Source of the DNA: Corallochytrium limacisporum Hawaii
Taxonomy: Eukaryota > Protista > Pluriformea
DNA length: 64,000 nt
NCBI GenBank assembly: GCA_002811645.1
Contig: PDIP01000039.1
Location: forward strand, 109,061 to 173,060
Direction of reading: 5' to 3'
A program made the translations under genes and the position numbers. The notes beneath the pieces were generated by a model. It saw nothing but the letters and a program-made list of their open reading frames with translations. It ran no database searches and was not told the origin of the DNA. Position 1 is the stretch's first letter; every line of letters starts with the position of its first letter. This document shows positions 33,180 to 45,143 of this stretch, in pieces.

Positions 33180-33900
33180 CAATGGTGGCAGCGCGAGCCT
33201 CATACCTAAATGCCTATGTCACTTGGTATTCTCAGGGGCTTGCCATCCAACGGTCTCTGTATCCGAGGATCATGCATTGGGCATCGTAGTCAAATGTGTA
33301 CAACATTCGAACCCACACGCGCTGTATCAAGCAAGACATCGCGAGCAGTGACTAGCTTCCGAGGCTCCACAGCCGTGTGACCAGAGTCGAACACACCTTA
33401 CGCCTACTTTCGAAGGTGCTACACACAGCACACCAATAGATCTAGTCCTTCCTCCTGCTTCATCGTGGGTCCAGTCCGGATCGTAAACATTAGATTGACT
33501 TGATTGGCCCGTAGTGGCTTGCACGCCCACTCTCTTCGATTTGAAGATCCATCATTCAACGGTACGTTGTCTGAGTATTCTTTCCATTCTCTCTATTGCA
33601 GGTTCTTCACCTCAAGTAAAACGAGAACTGGACACGACAAGGAATTCGACGACAAACTGGCGCCAAAATACTCCAAGCATACCACCGGTCGAGTCCCGGC
33701 AAGCCGCATATACCCGGCACGAAGGGGCTCTCTGAAAGTGTATGGGACAAGTTATGATTGGCGTCACTGTGCTTCAGCTATGGCGCAGAAGACCTTGGTT
33801 TCATTCGACGTTTACCTCTCATTTTCGAAATCGCACAAATCCACATTAGCAATCCATCAGTGTAACCGCACTCTTACGGTCTGAGTTTTGGAGTTCAAAG
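33180..33900 (+). mobile_element. Decayed Ty1/copia integrase fossil
   Basis: TPIDLV..IVGPVR~PLELVHSDICGPMR, KTRTGHDKEF~RLRTDNGKEF, ASAMAQKTL~RSMLAQSGL, HQCNRT~YLINRT. Confidence 0.5.
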
Positions 33901-34576
33901 TCATCCACTTCCCTGTCACCGAGGGTCTCCAAATCCCGAATTCTTTTGACTTCCGCCTACTGAATGCCACAAAGAAAACGTCATGGCGGGATGCTGAACA
34001 AGTTCGAGCGCCTGCATACCCGTCGAGCATATCATCAGACGACAGTCTTACGTAGGGGGTCTGTCAGCGAGCGCGAGTATATGTCCCCAATGTCTTCCTA
34101 CCAGGGGGATACGCTGCGACGGCTTCTATTTGGTTTAGGTGGTAGTGACGCCGAGGGGAGAATGTATAACAGTGAGAGAAGTGATGACTATGTGGCTGTC
34201 ATGGTAAAAAGTTCTACAAAATATTTTGTTCAAATCAAATAAAAAATAAGTAAAATATACGGAGTAATTTAAAATTAGGATCTGATTATCGTGGCAGTGG
34301 AAGTATGGGCTCTGGTACGAAAGGGTCTGTTGCACCTCAGGGTCGCCTTTCCCCCCTTCTGTGGCTGAGAAAAGTATACTACACCTCCCCCACCCACCCT
34401 TCCCTGATCCCATGTGTTTGGGGGGCGCACATCTTGGGCGAAAAACACCCTGAGGGTGCACTTGGTCATCTTGCACTGTTGAATCTGTAGTGGTATTTTA
34501 ATTTGCGAGGTCATATCCAATATAACATTTAAATGCGTTTCTATAGAATCTTTAAGCTTGAGTTAATTGGCTAAGT

Positions 34577-36685
34577 ATGGTGGATGAACAGCAGCTCGTC
34601 GAGCGCACAAACGCGGCTGAAAAGGAGTTGCGCAGCCTGCGCCAGGAATTCGAATCCGTCGCGAAGGAGCTCAAGAAACGGGGACTTGTTCTGGGTCAAA
34701 CTGCTGCAGGTAATGGTACCCTATCTCTGGAAGATGTGCAAAGGCAAAATGAGAAGCTTAAATATCAGATCAAGCACCTGCAGCGGGCCATTGATGCCGA
34801 GAAGGTGAAGGCTTCCCAGAAAGGAGGTGCAGGAACAAACGGGGATGCTCCCACGGGTGGCGTGAAGGCTCCTCTCGGCCATTCTAAGGAAGCGTTTGAC
34901 CCGATAAAGAGCACCATTCGCCTACGTGCCACTCTGGAGGACCTGTTCCAGCAGGCTCTTTATGATGCCTACGGTGGCATCCCATGCCAAGGCGAAATCA
35001 TTGCATCCGTGGCCGTGAGTGGTAACCCAAAGTTTGGTGACTACCAGTGCAATAGTGCCATGAAGATCTGCAAAGTTATGGCTGGTAGTATAGAGGAGAA
35101 GAAACCCATTGATGTGGCAAAAAAGATTATGGCGCAGGTACCTCCAAATCCTTACATCAAGGAGATGAGCGTTGCTGGTGCCGGGTTCATCAATGTCTTC
35201 ATCAAGGACGAGTTCTTGACCAAGTGTCTGGACGGAATCTACACCGCTGGTAGCCCTCAGCCTCCTCTGGGCCTGCTGTCGAAGTCATTCGAGACAACCC
35301 TGGTCGACTTTAGCTCTCCCAACATTGCCAAGGACATGCATGTGGGTCATTTGCGCAGTACCATTATTGGTGACTGCATCTGCCGCCTATTTGAGTACTT
35401 AGGGCACAGAGTGCTGAGAATCAATCACGTCGGTGATTGGGGTACCCAGTTTGGTATGTTGATTGCACATCTGAAGGACAAATTCCCCGATTTTGAGTCG
35501 AACGTACCTTCCATCTCCGATTTGACGGGCTTTTACAAGGAAGCGAAGAAGCGTTTTGATGAGGACGAGCCTTTCAAGAAACGCGCTTACGAGGAAGTAG
35601 TGAAGCTTCAGAGTGGTGATGCAGGCGTCCGCCGGGCCTGGATGGCCATTTGCGAAGCCAGTCGCAATGAATTTAACAAGATTTACGACCGCCTAGATAT
35701 TAAGGTCGAGGAACGTGGCGAGTCCTTTTACAATGACCTGATGGCTGACGTCGTCAAGGAGCTCAAGGGAATGGGATCATTGCAGGAAGACGATGGTCGT
35801 CTGGTGTACTGGACTAAGAGCCATCCAGTGCCCCTCACTGTGGTTAAGAGCGATGGTGGCTATACATACGACACCAGTGATCTGGCGGCCCTTAAGTACC
35901 GTCTGAATGTGGACAAGGCCAAGAATATTCTGTACGTTGTTGACATGGGGCAGAACATGCATTTGGAAGCTGTGTTTGAAGCTGGTGCTGAGGTTGGCTG
36001 GTACGATCCCAAAGAAATCCGGGTGGAGCATGTCGGTTTCGGGCTTGTCCTAGGTGATGATGGCAAAAAGTTCAAGACCCGTTCTGGCGAGACGGTCCGT
36101 CTGGTTGACCTGCTTGATGAAGGTAAGACCCGTGCTCTGGCTATTCTTAAGGAGAAGGGACGCACTGAAGAGCTGACCCCGGAACAGATTGAAGCCGTCA
36201 CCAACGCAGTTGCCTACGGTGGCGTCAAGTATTTCGATCTCAAGACGACACGCAACAATGACTACAAGTTTTCCTTCGACGCCATGCTGGACAACCGAGG
36301 AAACACTGCCACCTATATCATTTACTCGTACACTCGAATTGCCTCTATCGCTGAAAAGGCTAAAGTCACCAAACAGCAGGTTTCTGCAGCTGAGCTCAGG
36401 CTGGAGCACCCGAAGGAAGCTGCCCTTGCCAAGAAATTGTTACGGTATGGCGACGTCCTAGATCAATTTAAACGCGATCTGAAGCCCCACGTCTTATGTG
36501 ACTTCCTTTATGACACCGCGAACGGCTTCACAGAGTTCTACGACGCCTGCCGCTGTATTGAAATGGACAAGGAGGGCAACATTACCAGCGTCAATATGAG
36601 CCGTGTTAAATTGTGTGAGATCACTGCCTGTACCATCCGCGCCGGTCTGCAGATTCTTGGTATCCCAGTCGTGGAGAAGATGTAA
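34577..36685 (+). CDS. RARS1: Cytoplasmic arginyl-tRNA synthetase with N-terminal leucine-zipper extension
   Basis: FGDYQCNSAM, VDFSSPNIAKDMHVGHLRSTIIG, NHVGDWGTQFGMLI, KKFKTRSGETVRL, ends VEKM. Confidence 0.98.
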   Translation: MVDEQQLVERTNAAEKELRSLRQEFESVAKELKKRGLVLGQTAAGNGTLSLEDVQRQNEKLKYQIKHLQRAIDAEKVKASQKGGAGTNGDAPTGGVKAPLGHSKEAFDPIKSTIRLRATLEDLFQQALYDAYGGIPCQGEIIASVAVSGNPKFGDYQCNSAMKICKVMAGSIEEKKPIDVAKKIMAQVPPNPYIKEMSVAGAGFINVFIKDEFLTKCLDGIYTAGSPQPPLGLLSKSFETTLVDFSSPNIAKDMHVGHLRSTIIGDCICRLFEYLGHRVLRINHVGDWGTQFGMLIAHLKDKFPDFESNVPSISDLTGFYKEAKKRFDEDEPFKKRAYEEVVKLQSGDAGVRRAWMAICEASRNEFNKIYDRLDIKVEERGESFYNDLMADVVKELKGMGSLQEDDGRLVYWTKSHPVPLTVVKSDGGYTYDTSDLAALKYRLNVDKAKNILYVVDMGQNMHLEAVFEAGAEVGWYDPKEIRVEHVGFGLVLGDDGKKFKTRSGETVRLVDLLDEGKTRALAILKEKGRTEELTPEQIEAVTNAVAYGGVKYFDLKTTRNNDYKFSFDAMLDNRGNTATYIIYSYTRIASIAEKAKVTKQQVSAAELRLEHPKEAALAKKLLRYGDVLDQFKRDLKPHVLCDFLYDTANGFTEFYDACRCIEMDKEGNITSVNMSRVKLCEITACTIRAGLQILGIPVVEKM

Positions 36686-36949
36686 GGTATATAAAGTCCT
36701 TTGATGACTTTTGTGAAGGGATTCTAAAACAGCGTCCCGCAGACAGTCCTGAACAGCAATCCTAGCAGAAGGATCGATGGCCAGCACAGGGCAACCATTG
36801 ACAAGTGTTACTTCGGAGTTACCTGGTCCGCAAACGTGCAGCAAACCCGCACTCGACCACCTCCTTTGCCCCACATTACCGATGGGGGCGTTTGGACGAT
36901 AGGTGGCCGATTTCAAGTCCCAGAATTATTTTAGTAATTTGGAGTATTA

Positions 36950-38620
36950 AAAAACGAAAATGCATAGATTTTCGCGACCTAAATCGACGTATATTAAATT
37001 AGCCGAGTGCGCAGCACGACGTCCTGCAGGACGTCTGCTGATCAAGTTATCGAGCATTCGCTCCCATCGTCATTCGAACATGGTAGCTAAGGGCCCCGTG
37101 TTGCATTCGGCCATGTGCATACCCCGCATATAGGGTGTCAAGGTACGAATACCACCATCGTATACCGATTGGCTCTCAAGGCAGAGCGCTAAGGGATTAC
37201 TGTCTTTTAGCAGTTAGCCAAATATCACCAGTTCATATTCAACGACAAACCGGACTATCAAAGTCATCATAAACGAGTTCGGGTTGCATAGATGAGATCG
37301 GAATGCTGGTGCAGTGTGGCATCATTGATGTCTTTAAAGGAGAAACTGGTTTCTCGTAATCTGAAGGCATCTTAAGTCACTGCCAAGTTTGCTGACTGTG
37401 GTCTACACCCGTGTACCCCAGTTCTTAACTCCCATTGAGGCGTCCCAAGGGTGTGCATGCTGAAGCATGGGCACTTCAGGTGACCACAGACGGTTCCCTG
37501 CTGCATCCTTGCGCCGTCGTCCAAATGTTTCATCCGTACTTCCCATCCACCAGATGAAGTATTGCGTTGTTCAGCAGCTCAATAGCATGTCTGTGAATGT
37601 TATGCTGCTCACAAAGGGTCCGAAAATAGGCGGGCTAGCATGGCGAATTCAGCACCGCACACAGCGGCGTAGTGGGGCCGCAGAAACACAAGGAGGACAT
37701 GGAACCATAGCGGGCAGAAGAACTCCGGGGGGCCATTGTGGGAGTGTGTTGAGTGCTGCGCAATGTTCACACCGGTTGACAGGCCTTGGTGGACAATGAC
37801 TAACGCCACTGAGATCCACAGTGCTTTGATGGGGACATGACAGTTTCGCTGTTGTCAAGAATTTTGTATCACAGTTCCTCTTCCCTCTGGATGGCTGCTT
37901 GGTATCGAGTTAGCCGGGCTATTGGGGAGATGGAACCGAAGGGGCGGCGCGATTGTTACCCGGCAGTGGACTATTGCAGAAGCGCAAACCCACTAGGTAC
38001 AGCTTGGACCGCGGTTAAAGAGTGATCGATACACACTAGCCGGCGATGATGTGTGCACATTCTTGGTGTTTTCAGGAGCATAACTGGACCTGAACAAGTC
38101 TCAAACAGTCTTTCCGTGCAATACTTTTAGTACTGACACCTAAAGAGTTTTTGCTTTGCCGAGGAGCCAGCATTGGTGTCTCGCGGGGGAGTTGTTCCTT
38201 TTTCTGTGGTGTAATCCCCAGCTCCTACTCCTCCCCAGCCGGCAAGGAACGCAGGATTTTATACTGGCAAAAGGGTGAAATGTATATCAGAAGCAGTACT
38301 TTGAGAACCAAATCTGCTTCGCCACGGAACAAAGGGCCCATACGTTTAATTGGGTTGATAGGAACGAAGCCTTCGTTAATCGTATACAAGGGTCCTCAGT
38401 ACCTGTGTGTGTTTGTTGCATCGTGCGTCTCGGCTGTGTGAGGTTGGACGGGAGAATTGCCCACGCAAACGCACTCCAAGACTGGTATCCAGCCAGTAGT
38501 GAAACGGTGTACATAATGGCGCAGAAGAGAGAAGTCGTATTGCACACCGATGTGTGAACTAATCAGCAGCCCTCTGAGCTCACGGCCGAGCACGCAAAAA
38601 GTGCCATCCATAGTACGAGT
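36950..38620 (-). mobile_element. Decayed Ty1/copia RT-RNase H fossil (minus strand)
   Basis: DGTF..GVQYD~DGS..GIDYD, SAF..TQP..CIRLTKA, LRPH..LARLFSDP~TRPD..LARFMSDP, GDIWLTAKRQ~GAISWKSKRQ, LDNL..HSANLIYVD~CDNQ..HSRTKHID, in order. Confidence 0.55.
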
Positions 38621-39074
38621 AGCTAGTGAAAGGACGCTTGTTTAGCTGATGTTCTCGTTTGTTTTGCCTGTTGCCTTGTCCCAGTGCAAGCGTCAGGTCT
38701 GGGTGATTCCGTTTTTCTGCCAGCAGCCGTAATTATAACACTGGGGGCCTACCGAGGAAGGGCTCGTGCTCGTGCCCCCCCACCCAACCCGACATGGTCA
38801 TTTCGGTTGGGAGAGGAACGCCGATTCTCTGAAGCCATTACCGTCACATGAGGTTCACTCATTACTGAAGTCAACCACGCCAGTACCTCGGCCATTATTC
38901 GACGCACGGATGTCAACGAAAACGGAGAGATGAAGAAGGCTTACAACCTTCGCAGGCGTTCGTCCCGAAGATGCTTACCTTATGGCATGCTATCGGTTAC
39001 CAACAAAAAACAAACTCCGAACAACGGTCATTGGCAAGGGCTGCCGCTCCTCAGTGGCCCCCTCCCCCCGGGGG

Positions 39075-39452
39075 TGTGTGTGTGTGTGCGTGTGTGTGTG
39101 TTCTGAAAGAGAGAGAGGGAGAGTTCGTGGAGCAAGGGTCAACGGCTGTTGATTGAATCTCCCGAAGCGTTGTCCACAAAACGGCAGACCTGCCTTGAGT
39201 AGCGATCCCCAACTCTCTCCGGTATTTTCTTTTTTGGTTCTTTGGAGTTGGAGGGGGAGAGGAGCTGGCAAAGTATGATCGCGCCCCAAAGCTCCCTTGT
39301 CCCAGTCACCCGGGCACAGTGACCATGTTCGTATGGCTTCGCGGTATCCCTGTCTCCGCCGCATCTGCGTATCGTGCGGTGTGTGTTTCCGTGTTGTGTG
39401 AGTGTGTGTGAGTGTGTGTTTGCGTCTTTGTGTGGTAACGTGCGCGCGCGTG
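39075..39452. repeat. (TG)n / (GA)n microsatellite-rich stretch
   Basis: TG runs at 39075-39100 and about 39379-39452. Confidence 0.85.
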
Positions 39453-39989
39453 TCGGTGTCTCACAAGAGCACTGTCAGCCTCTCCCAACTACGCCCCTCC
39501 CACTTCGGTTCAGAAGTGGGATTGATGCGAACGCATAAGCGTACAAGTGCAGCGGGGGAAAAAGTATGGGAAGAAAATTCTGGAACCTCTAAAATTCCCG
39601 ATGTGTGGCAATTCCTGATCCCAGCAAAGGACCCACATCTAGTTCCCAATTGCTTCCCGATGGCTCTGCCACATTACCTTAAACGTTACGTACTTTCCGT
39701 GCTGATGGTGGGGTCCCATCATACCCTCGGTTGGCCGAAACCTCAAGGTCTCCCGGAGAAGACCTAAAAGGAGCTCTGTGCCGCCGCCCCGCGGGGGGGG
39801 GGGTTGGGCACCGCATTGCCGGTGTTTTCGTCGAGTAGACGAATTCATAGATGGCCTGCACACTAGCATATACTTTGAATATAGGCTTGGCGCAATGTGA
39901 TGTACACGGCAGGTGGGTAACCCCCTCGTCGGGATATTATGTCAGTGGCCCGTGATCATGCTGTTATTCAGGTCGTATATCAAATATTA

Positions 39990-40900
39990 ACATTTCGGAA
40001 CTGACTCTCAAATGGCTTAATGGTTTATTAAGTATGACTTTGACACAGAAGCTTTATTCAATTCTGATATTTAGGTATGTCGATTTTTCTGCCTACTCCA
40101 GGACCCGCAACCCACAACTTTGAGCGCAACGTCATGTGAGAAACACACACCGCGTCACTAACCCGCTCGCCTGAGCCCTAATTGGGCTACGCACACAAAA
40201 CTAGTAGATAACGTATAGGCTAATGCTTGGCTTATGGTGCAATTGCACCAGCGCGGTCTGGTGCCCACACTGCAGTGTGTGCCCTTTCCCCCACAATCGC
40301 CGGATCAAAGGCTTGCCTCAGCTGATCACCACTGAGAACCGAAGCGTATACGTCCCAAAGTGAAGACTCACTATAATTGAATAGTAAATGCACCTTGAAA
40401 AATAGACACAATTGGTTCTCCATCATCGGAGTTATTATAGAAGATCATTTTCTCGCACTCGATCGGTTGTCCCACTCTCACCGGAAGACATGCCGGTGTC
40501 TCCCCCTCTGGCCTCCAGCGGGTTGTTGTCTAGCGCGGTCTGCACTGTGGTATCTTTAGAACTGCGATTTCAAAGTTGGTGTGATGTGTGCCGTACGATT
40601 CTCCGCGAGCTTGCGCAGTTCCAAGGTAACTTAGCGTTTTCCTGTCCCTTCATTTGTGCGGCCCTCCTCGGGCAAGCTTGCAAAGTGCAAGCCGAGGTGT
40701 AGCACCTTTCCGCCGAAGCTGTTTTGCTTATGAGGCATGATCACATGGGTATATGTTTAGTATTAAACCACCCGATGGGGTGTTTGGAAGTGCTGGGGGT
40801 GTGAGGTGTATGGGCACAGAGAGGCGGCAATGCCACTGTTCCCTCATATTCCATCGGGGGTATTCTTAGCATGCTTGCGCCTCGATATCACCCGATAGTG
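39990..40900 (-). mobile_element. Possible further copia RT fossil
   Basis: KNTPDG, VQTALDNNPLE~VKTAFLNGDLE, VRVGQP, ENQLCLFFK, YLNIRIE~FLGIEIE; weaker matches. Confidence 0.35.
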
Positions 40901-41258
40901 GACGATGAGAAAGGGCTCGGGCGTTGGAAAATCATACCGTCGGTGATCATTTTATGGGTCATTGAGTATGAAAAGGGGAAGTCACAGTACCTAACACCCC
41001 ATTCCAACAAGGATACGCATTCCTTAAAATGCTCAAGGACCAAAAGATTCTTGTGTCACACTGTCCCTTTCAACCATTTTTTTCTCTTGGTGCCCCTTGC
41101 GTCTGGGATTTCTTGTTGGTTGGAAACGGAAAGCAACCCTATCGCCCAGCGGGTCAGGATTACAATTGCCACTCCGTAACAACTGGCCGTGGCGCCTGTG
41201 CGTCTCTCCCCCCTTCCTTCCTTCCCCCCCCCCTCCCCTGCCACCCCCTCCACACCCC

Positions 41259-41494
41259 NNNNNNNNNNNNNNNNNNNNNNNNNNNNNNNNNNNNNNNNNN
41301 NNNNNNNNNNNNNNNNNNNNNNNNNNNNNNNNNNNNNNNNNNNNNNNNNNNNNNNNNNNNNNNNNNNNNNNNNNNNNNNNNNNNNNNNNNNNNNNNNNNN
41401 NNNNNNNNNNNNNNNNNNNNNNNNNNNNNNNNNNNNNNNNNNNNNNNNNNNNNNNNNNNNNNNNNNNNNNNNNNNNNNNNNNNNNNNNNNNNNN
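41259..41494. other. Assembly gap (N run) flanked by C-rich polypyrimidine tracts
   Basis: Ns in sequence. Confidence 1.
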
Positions 41495-42644
41495 TGGAGA
41501 GGCACAGAAAGGGCAGGCAACAGCCCCTCTCTACCCTCCTCTCTCCTCCCCCCCCCCCAACGCTCTTCTCTCCTTTGCCTTTCTCTCTCTACCCCTCTCT
41601 GTGCTTGTTTTAACCTCGGCTGAATTATACCTTAGTCATAAAGAAAACCCCAAAAGAAGCAGGAGTTTCTACCCGGAGACTGAGGCAAGAACTCTACCAT
41701 GGGCCCTCCCCTCCCATTTTTTTCCGCCCTGCCTAGGGCGGAGGGAGGGGAGGGGGCCGGGCCTCTCCCCTGGTCCCCTTCCCTTCCTCAATCTGTCCGC
41801 TCCACACGGCACATACATACACACACGGCCCCCCCCCCCTTTATTGTTCTTTCATCGCCTCGCGGTTTGCACAAAGGAAACACCAAAAATATAAACGGCA
41901 GGGCGCACTGGGGCGGCCCAATAAAAACCTTCGTTTCGGAAAAAAAATGGACCAGTACGCGGATGGTATGTCCACAATGGAGAGCAGCCGCTGGGCCAGG
42001 AACCGCAAGTTTGGGCAAAGCAGCAGTACTTGGTGCACCGGTATGGCGCAGAAGTGCAGGAAAGAATTGGACCGGGCAGCCCCCCCCCGCTCCTCCGCGG
42101 GGAGGGGGGGAGGGGGAGGAGAGCAGGGGCAGGACAAGGGGGCGCTGCCACCGACTGGGGTTTTCCAAATGATTTGTTCACCTCTTCTATGGATGCCGCG
42201 TTGGTGAAAAGGGATGAAATTTTTTTAAGGGTCTGTGAAGAAGGGGAGGCAAAGGGGGGACTCCAAGGCCCCTACGACGACAGATAAGTGCGAAAGAACG
42301 TCTCTCCCGGCGATTCTTAAAAAAGTAAAGGTGTCGGCTTTGGTGAAGATTGCGAGGCACTATGAGCAAAACACAACAGGACATTCTTGGGGAACGAGGT
42401 TGATACTGTCCAGGATCAATAAGGAAGGTATAGAAGAGCGGAATACCACATTCTTGGACAAGGCTTGGCTGGTTTCTATTAATGACCTTTGCTGAACAAT
42501 CTTGGGTCAGGTGACAAATTTTCACACTTATATACAACTTTTGAATAGACTCTAGGCTTAAACGCACGGGATCTACCTCAAAAAGCACTCACGTAAAGTT
42601 ACATTGCCCGTTCTAGGCGGGATAACTTCTGCCCAATTACAAGC

Positions 42645-44399
42645 ATGAGTCTACAAGTGGACCAAACTTTCAATTCGGGCGACAAGAATTCCATCGATGT
42701 CGATGGTCTTGTGCGCGACTTTGAGCGGGCATATGAGGTAAGCGGTTCGGACCCTTCGGCCGCGAACAAGAGCACGGAGTCTGCCAGTGATAAGGGAGGA
42801 GAGAAGGAAAAGCAGAAAGCTGCTTGCGTGCGCTGCCAGAAAAGCCATTTGAAGTGTGACAAGGAAATCCCATGCAACCGCTGCATTCGCCTGGGTGTTG
42901 CCGATACGTGTGTGCAGGCAACTCACAAGCGTCGTGGTTGGCTGCGTGGCCGTAAGCGTGGTCCCCGCAAGCGTAACACTGATGCTGCCGCCCCTGTTGC
43001 CGCTATGAAGCCTACTGGCGTTGATTCCATTGATATTGGGGCGAACTTTGAGGACAGCACTGCTACAGCATACTTGCGTAGTATCGGTGTGACCATGCCC
43101 CTGGGACCTACCATGGAATACGAAGATACTGGATCACCCGACGATATCACTGCCTCTCCCATGAGCATTCCCACACAGATGTCATCCCCTGTGCACCCAC
43201 GGCCAAACGTCACCCAGCAGGCACCCCAGCAGGCACCTCAGCGCCCTGGTCCCACTGCTCTTGACCCACAGCGTATTGCTGTGACGGACGCCATTCCGGA
43301 AACTTTGCTTAAATTTATGGCACAGCAGGCCGCCATTATCGTTACCACCCTGCATGGCGATATCCAGTACGCTACTTCTGCCATTCAGCAGATGATTGGC
43401 GTCGATCGCGAAGATGTGGTGGGATACCATTTGACGCAGCTGATTCACTCCGACGACGTCGCAACCATGGGTCGCATTGTGCAAAGCGCACTCATGTTGA
43501 AGGATACTACTCAGGAAGTGGTACGTTTCCGCACCGGAAAGTCAATGCGCAATGAGTTTGCCTTCGTTTCGATCCGCGGAGGTATTTGGCGCGAGCCTAC
43601 TTCTGGCGAACGCTTCTTTGTTGGTAAGCTCCAGGATGCAAGCAGCCAAGTTGTTAGTTCTCAAACCATGGCCAAGAAGCGTGCCGAATCTCGGGCTTTC
43701 ATGATTCGCTTCGCGCTTGATGGTACTATTGCAGAAATCACTGACGGTGTGCAGGCTGTCGCCGACTACTCGCCGGCTGAAATGACCAACAAATGGCTCT
43801 ACAATTACGTTCATCCGAACGATCTGAGTACGATGAATGCATGCCATAGTGCCATGATGGCCAAACCCAGTGCCAAGAGCATGCGGTACCGCTTGCGAAA
43901 GCGTGACGGTGACTATGTCTACGTCGAGTCCCTTGCCCGTCCTTTCTTGGACATGCAAGGCAACCTCACATGCATTTTGTGCACAGTGCGTGAGCTTGCG
44001 CCGCAGATGGTGCCAACCACGGAGGGAGAGAAGTGTCAGGAGGTTGATGACGACGGCAACTACATTAACTGTGAACTCCGCCACCAACGAATCCCCGTCC
44101 AGGCAGCTCCTGCAGCCAAGGATCCTGTGCCTTCGCAACAAGTATTCCAGCAACCTCCACAACCTCAACAACAACAACAACAAAAACAACAACAGCAACC
44201 CCCACAGCAACCACAGCAACAGACCCAGCAACAGACATCCCCAGCCGCAGCAGCACCCTCGTATACTCTTGCGAACGTCATGAACCCCGTTGTTCCTGCC
44301 GACGAGTTCAAGTACCCCGATGCCTTCGCCGCCATCAGCCCGGAGGACTTCGAGAACGCCGTCAATGACGACCTGCTGCAGCTTTTGCGTGCCACATGA
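42645..44399 (+). CDS. Zn(II)2Cys6 transcription factor with two PAS domains and a Q-rich tail
   Basis: CVRCQKSHLKCDKEIPCNRCIRLGVADTC (AcuK/ERT1-like finger). PAS-A IIVTTLHGDIQYAT..LIHSDD. PAS-B FMIRFALDG..YSPAEM..YVHPNDL..YRLRKRDGDYVYVES. Confidence 0.92.
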   Translation: MSLQVDQTFNSGDKNSIDVDGLVRDFERAYEVSGSDPSAANKSTESASDKGGEKEKQKAACVRCQKSHLKCDKEIPCNRCIRLGVADTCVQATHKRRGWLRGRKRGPRKRNTDAAAPVAAMKPTGVDSIDIGANFEDSTATAYLRSIGVTMPLGPTMEYEDTGSPDDITASPMSIPTQMSSPVHPRPNVTQQAPQQAPQRPGPTALDPQRIAVTDAIPETLLKFMAQQAAIIVTTLHGDIQYATSAIQQMIGVDREDVVGYHLTQLIHSDDVATMGRIVQSALMLKDTTQEVVRFRTGKSMRNEFAFVSIRGGIWREPTSGERFFVGKLQDASSQVVSSQTMAKKRAESRAFMIRFALDGTIAEITDGVQAVADYSPAEMTNKWLYNYVHPNDLSTMNACHSAMMAKPSAKSMRYRLRKRDGDYVYVESLARPFLDMQGNLTCILCTVRELAPQMVPTTEGEKCQEVDDDGNYINCELRHQRIPVQAAPAAKDPVPSQQVFQQPPQPQQQQQQKQQQQPPQQPQQQTQQQTSPAAAAPSYTLANVMNPVVPADEFKYPDAFAAISPEDFENAVNDDLLQLLRAT

Positions 44400-44433
44400 G
44401 TGGTTCGCAACCTGTTATGTAGAAGAATAATCC

Positions 44434-44697
44434 ATGTCCAGTGGATCTACACTAGCGATCGTATTGGTCGTTATCATCCTGTTGCTAATATTTTTTGCTG
44501 TAGCCGCATATTTCATATATCGGTACCGTCAGGACACCCTGACCCGCCTCCGATTGCTGCATGAATCTGAGCGCCAAAGACAACCTATTTTCACATCCCA
44601 TCCTACTAGCGGGACCATCTCTGTGGTTTCTTCGTCACCGAGACCTGCCTCCGCAAAGTCATCAGAGTCATTTCAAACGGACGAAAAGAAACACTGA
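44434..44697 (+). CDS. Small single-pass membrane protein (87 aa)
   Basis: ATG start, ~24-aa hydrophobic helix followed by YRYR and a Ser-rich tail. Confidence 0.6.
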   Translation: MSSGSTLAIVLVVIILLLIFFAVAAYFIYRYRQDTLTRLRLLHESERQRQPIFTSHPTSGTISVVSSSPRPASAKSSESFQTDEKKH

Positions 44698-45143
44698 CTA
44701 TCCGTACGAGACGGGAAGAGAGAAAAGACAGACTAGGGTACGTCTGTCATTTGGTGCACGAGAACGCTATGCCCCTCGGATGCCCTGAAAATCATTTTTT
44801 TATGATCCTCCTTACTGTTGATGGGCACGTTTGTGTCTTCCGGGAGCGCGGGTGGGGTCCTTGACGCTCCTCCCGGGACACCTCTGCTCATTTAACCACT
44901 TTATCCCTCATCATATACATACACAAAATGAAAATTATCTTACGTTGACACTGGTTTATTGAAGTACCCGGTGCCGGTGCCAAACTTCGCCCACCGCTCA
45001 TGGAGAAGCTGGCGTTGTGATCAAGTAACATGGTCTAGAGAACAATGATCATGGTAAACGCGAATGTTAATGACGATAATGAACGTATCTGGAACATAGT
45101 TTTATCACTGGACAATGTCAGAAAAAGTTTGTGCGAAATTAGC

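Noticed and set aside
41029-41894. ORFs spanning the N gap
   Set aside because: Artefacts of translating Ns and low-complexity C-rich DNA.
43542-44231. 229-aa minus ORF with a poly-Leu stretch (similar case at 25565-25798)
   Set aside because: Antisense reading of polyQ (CAA) tracts.
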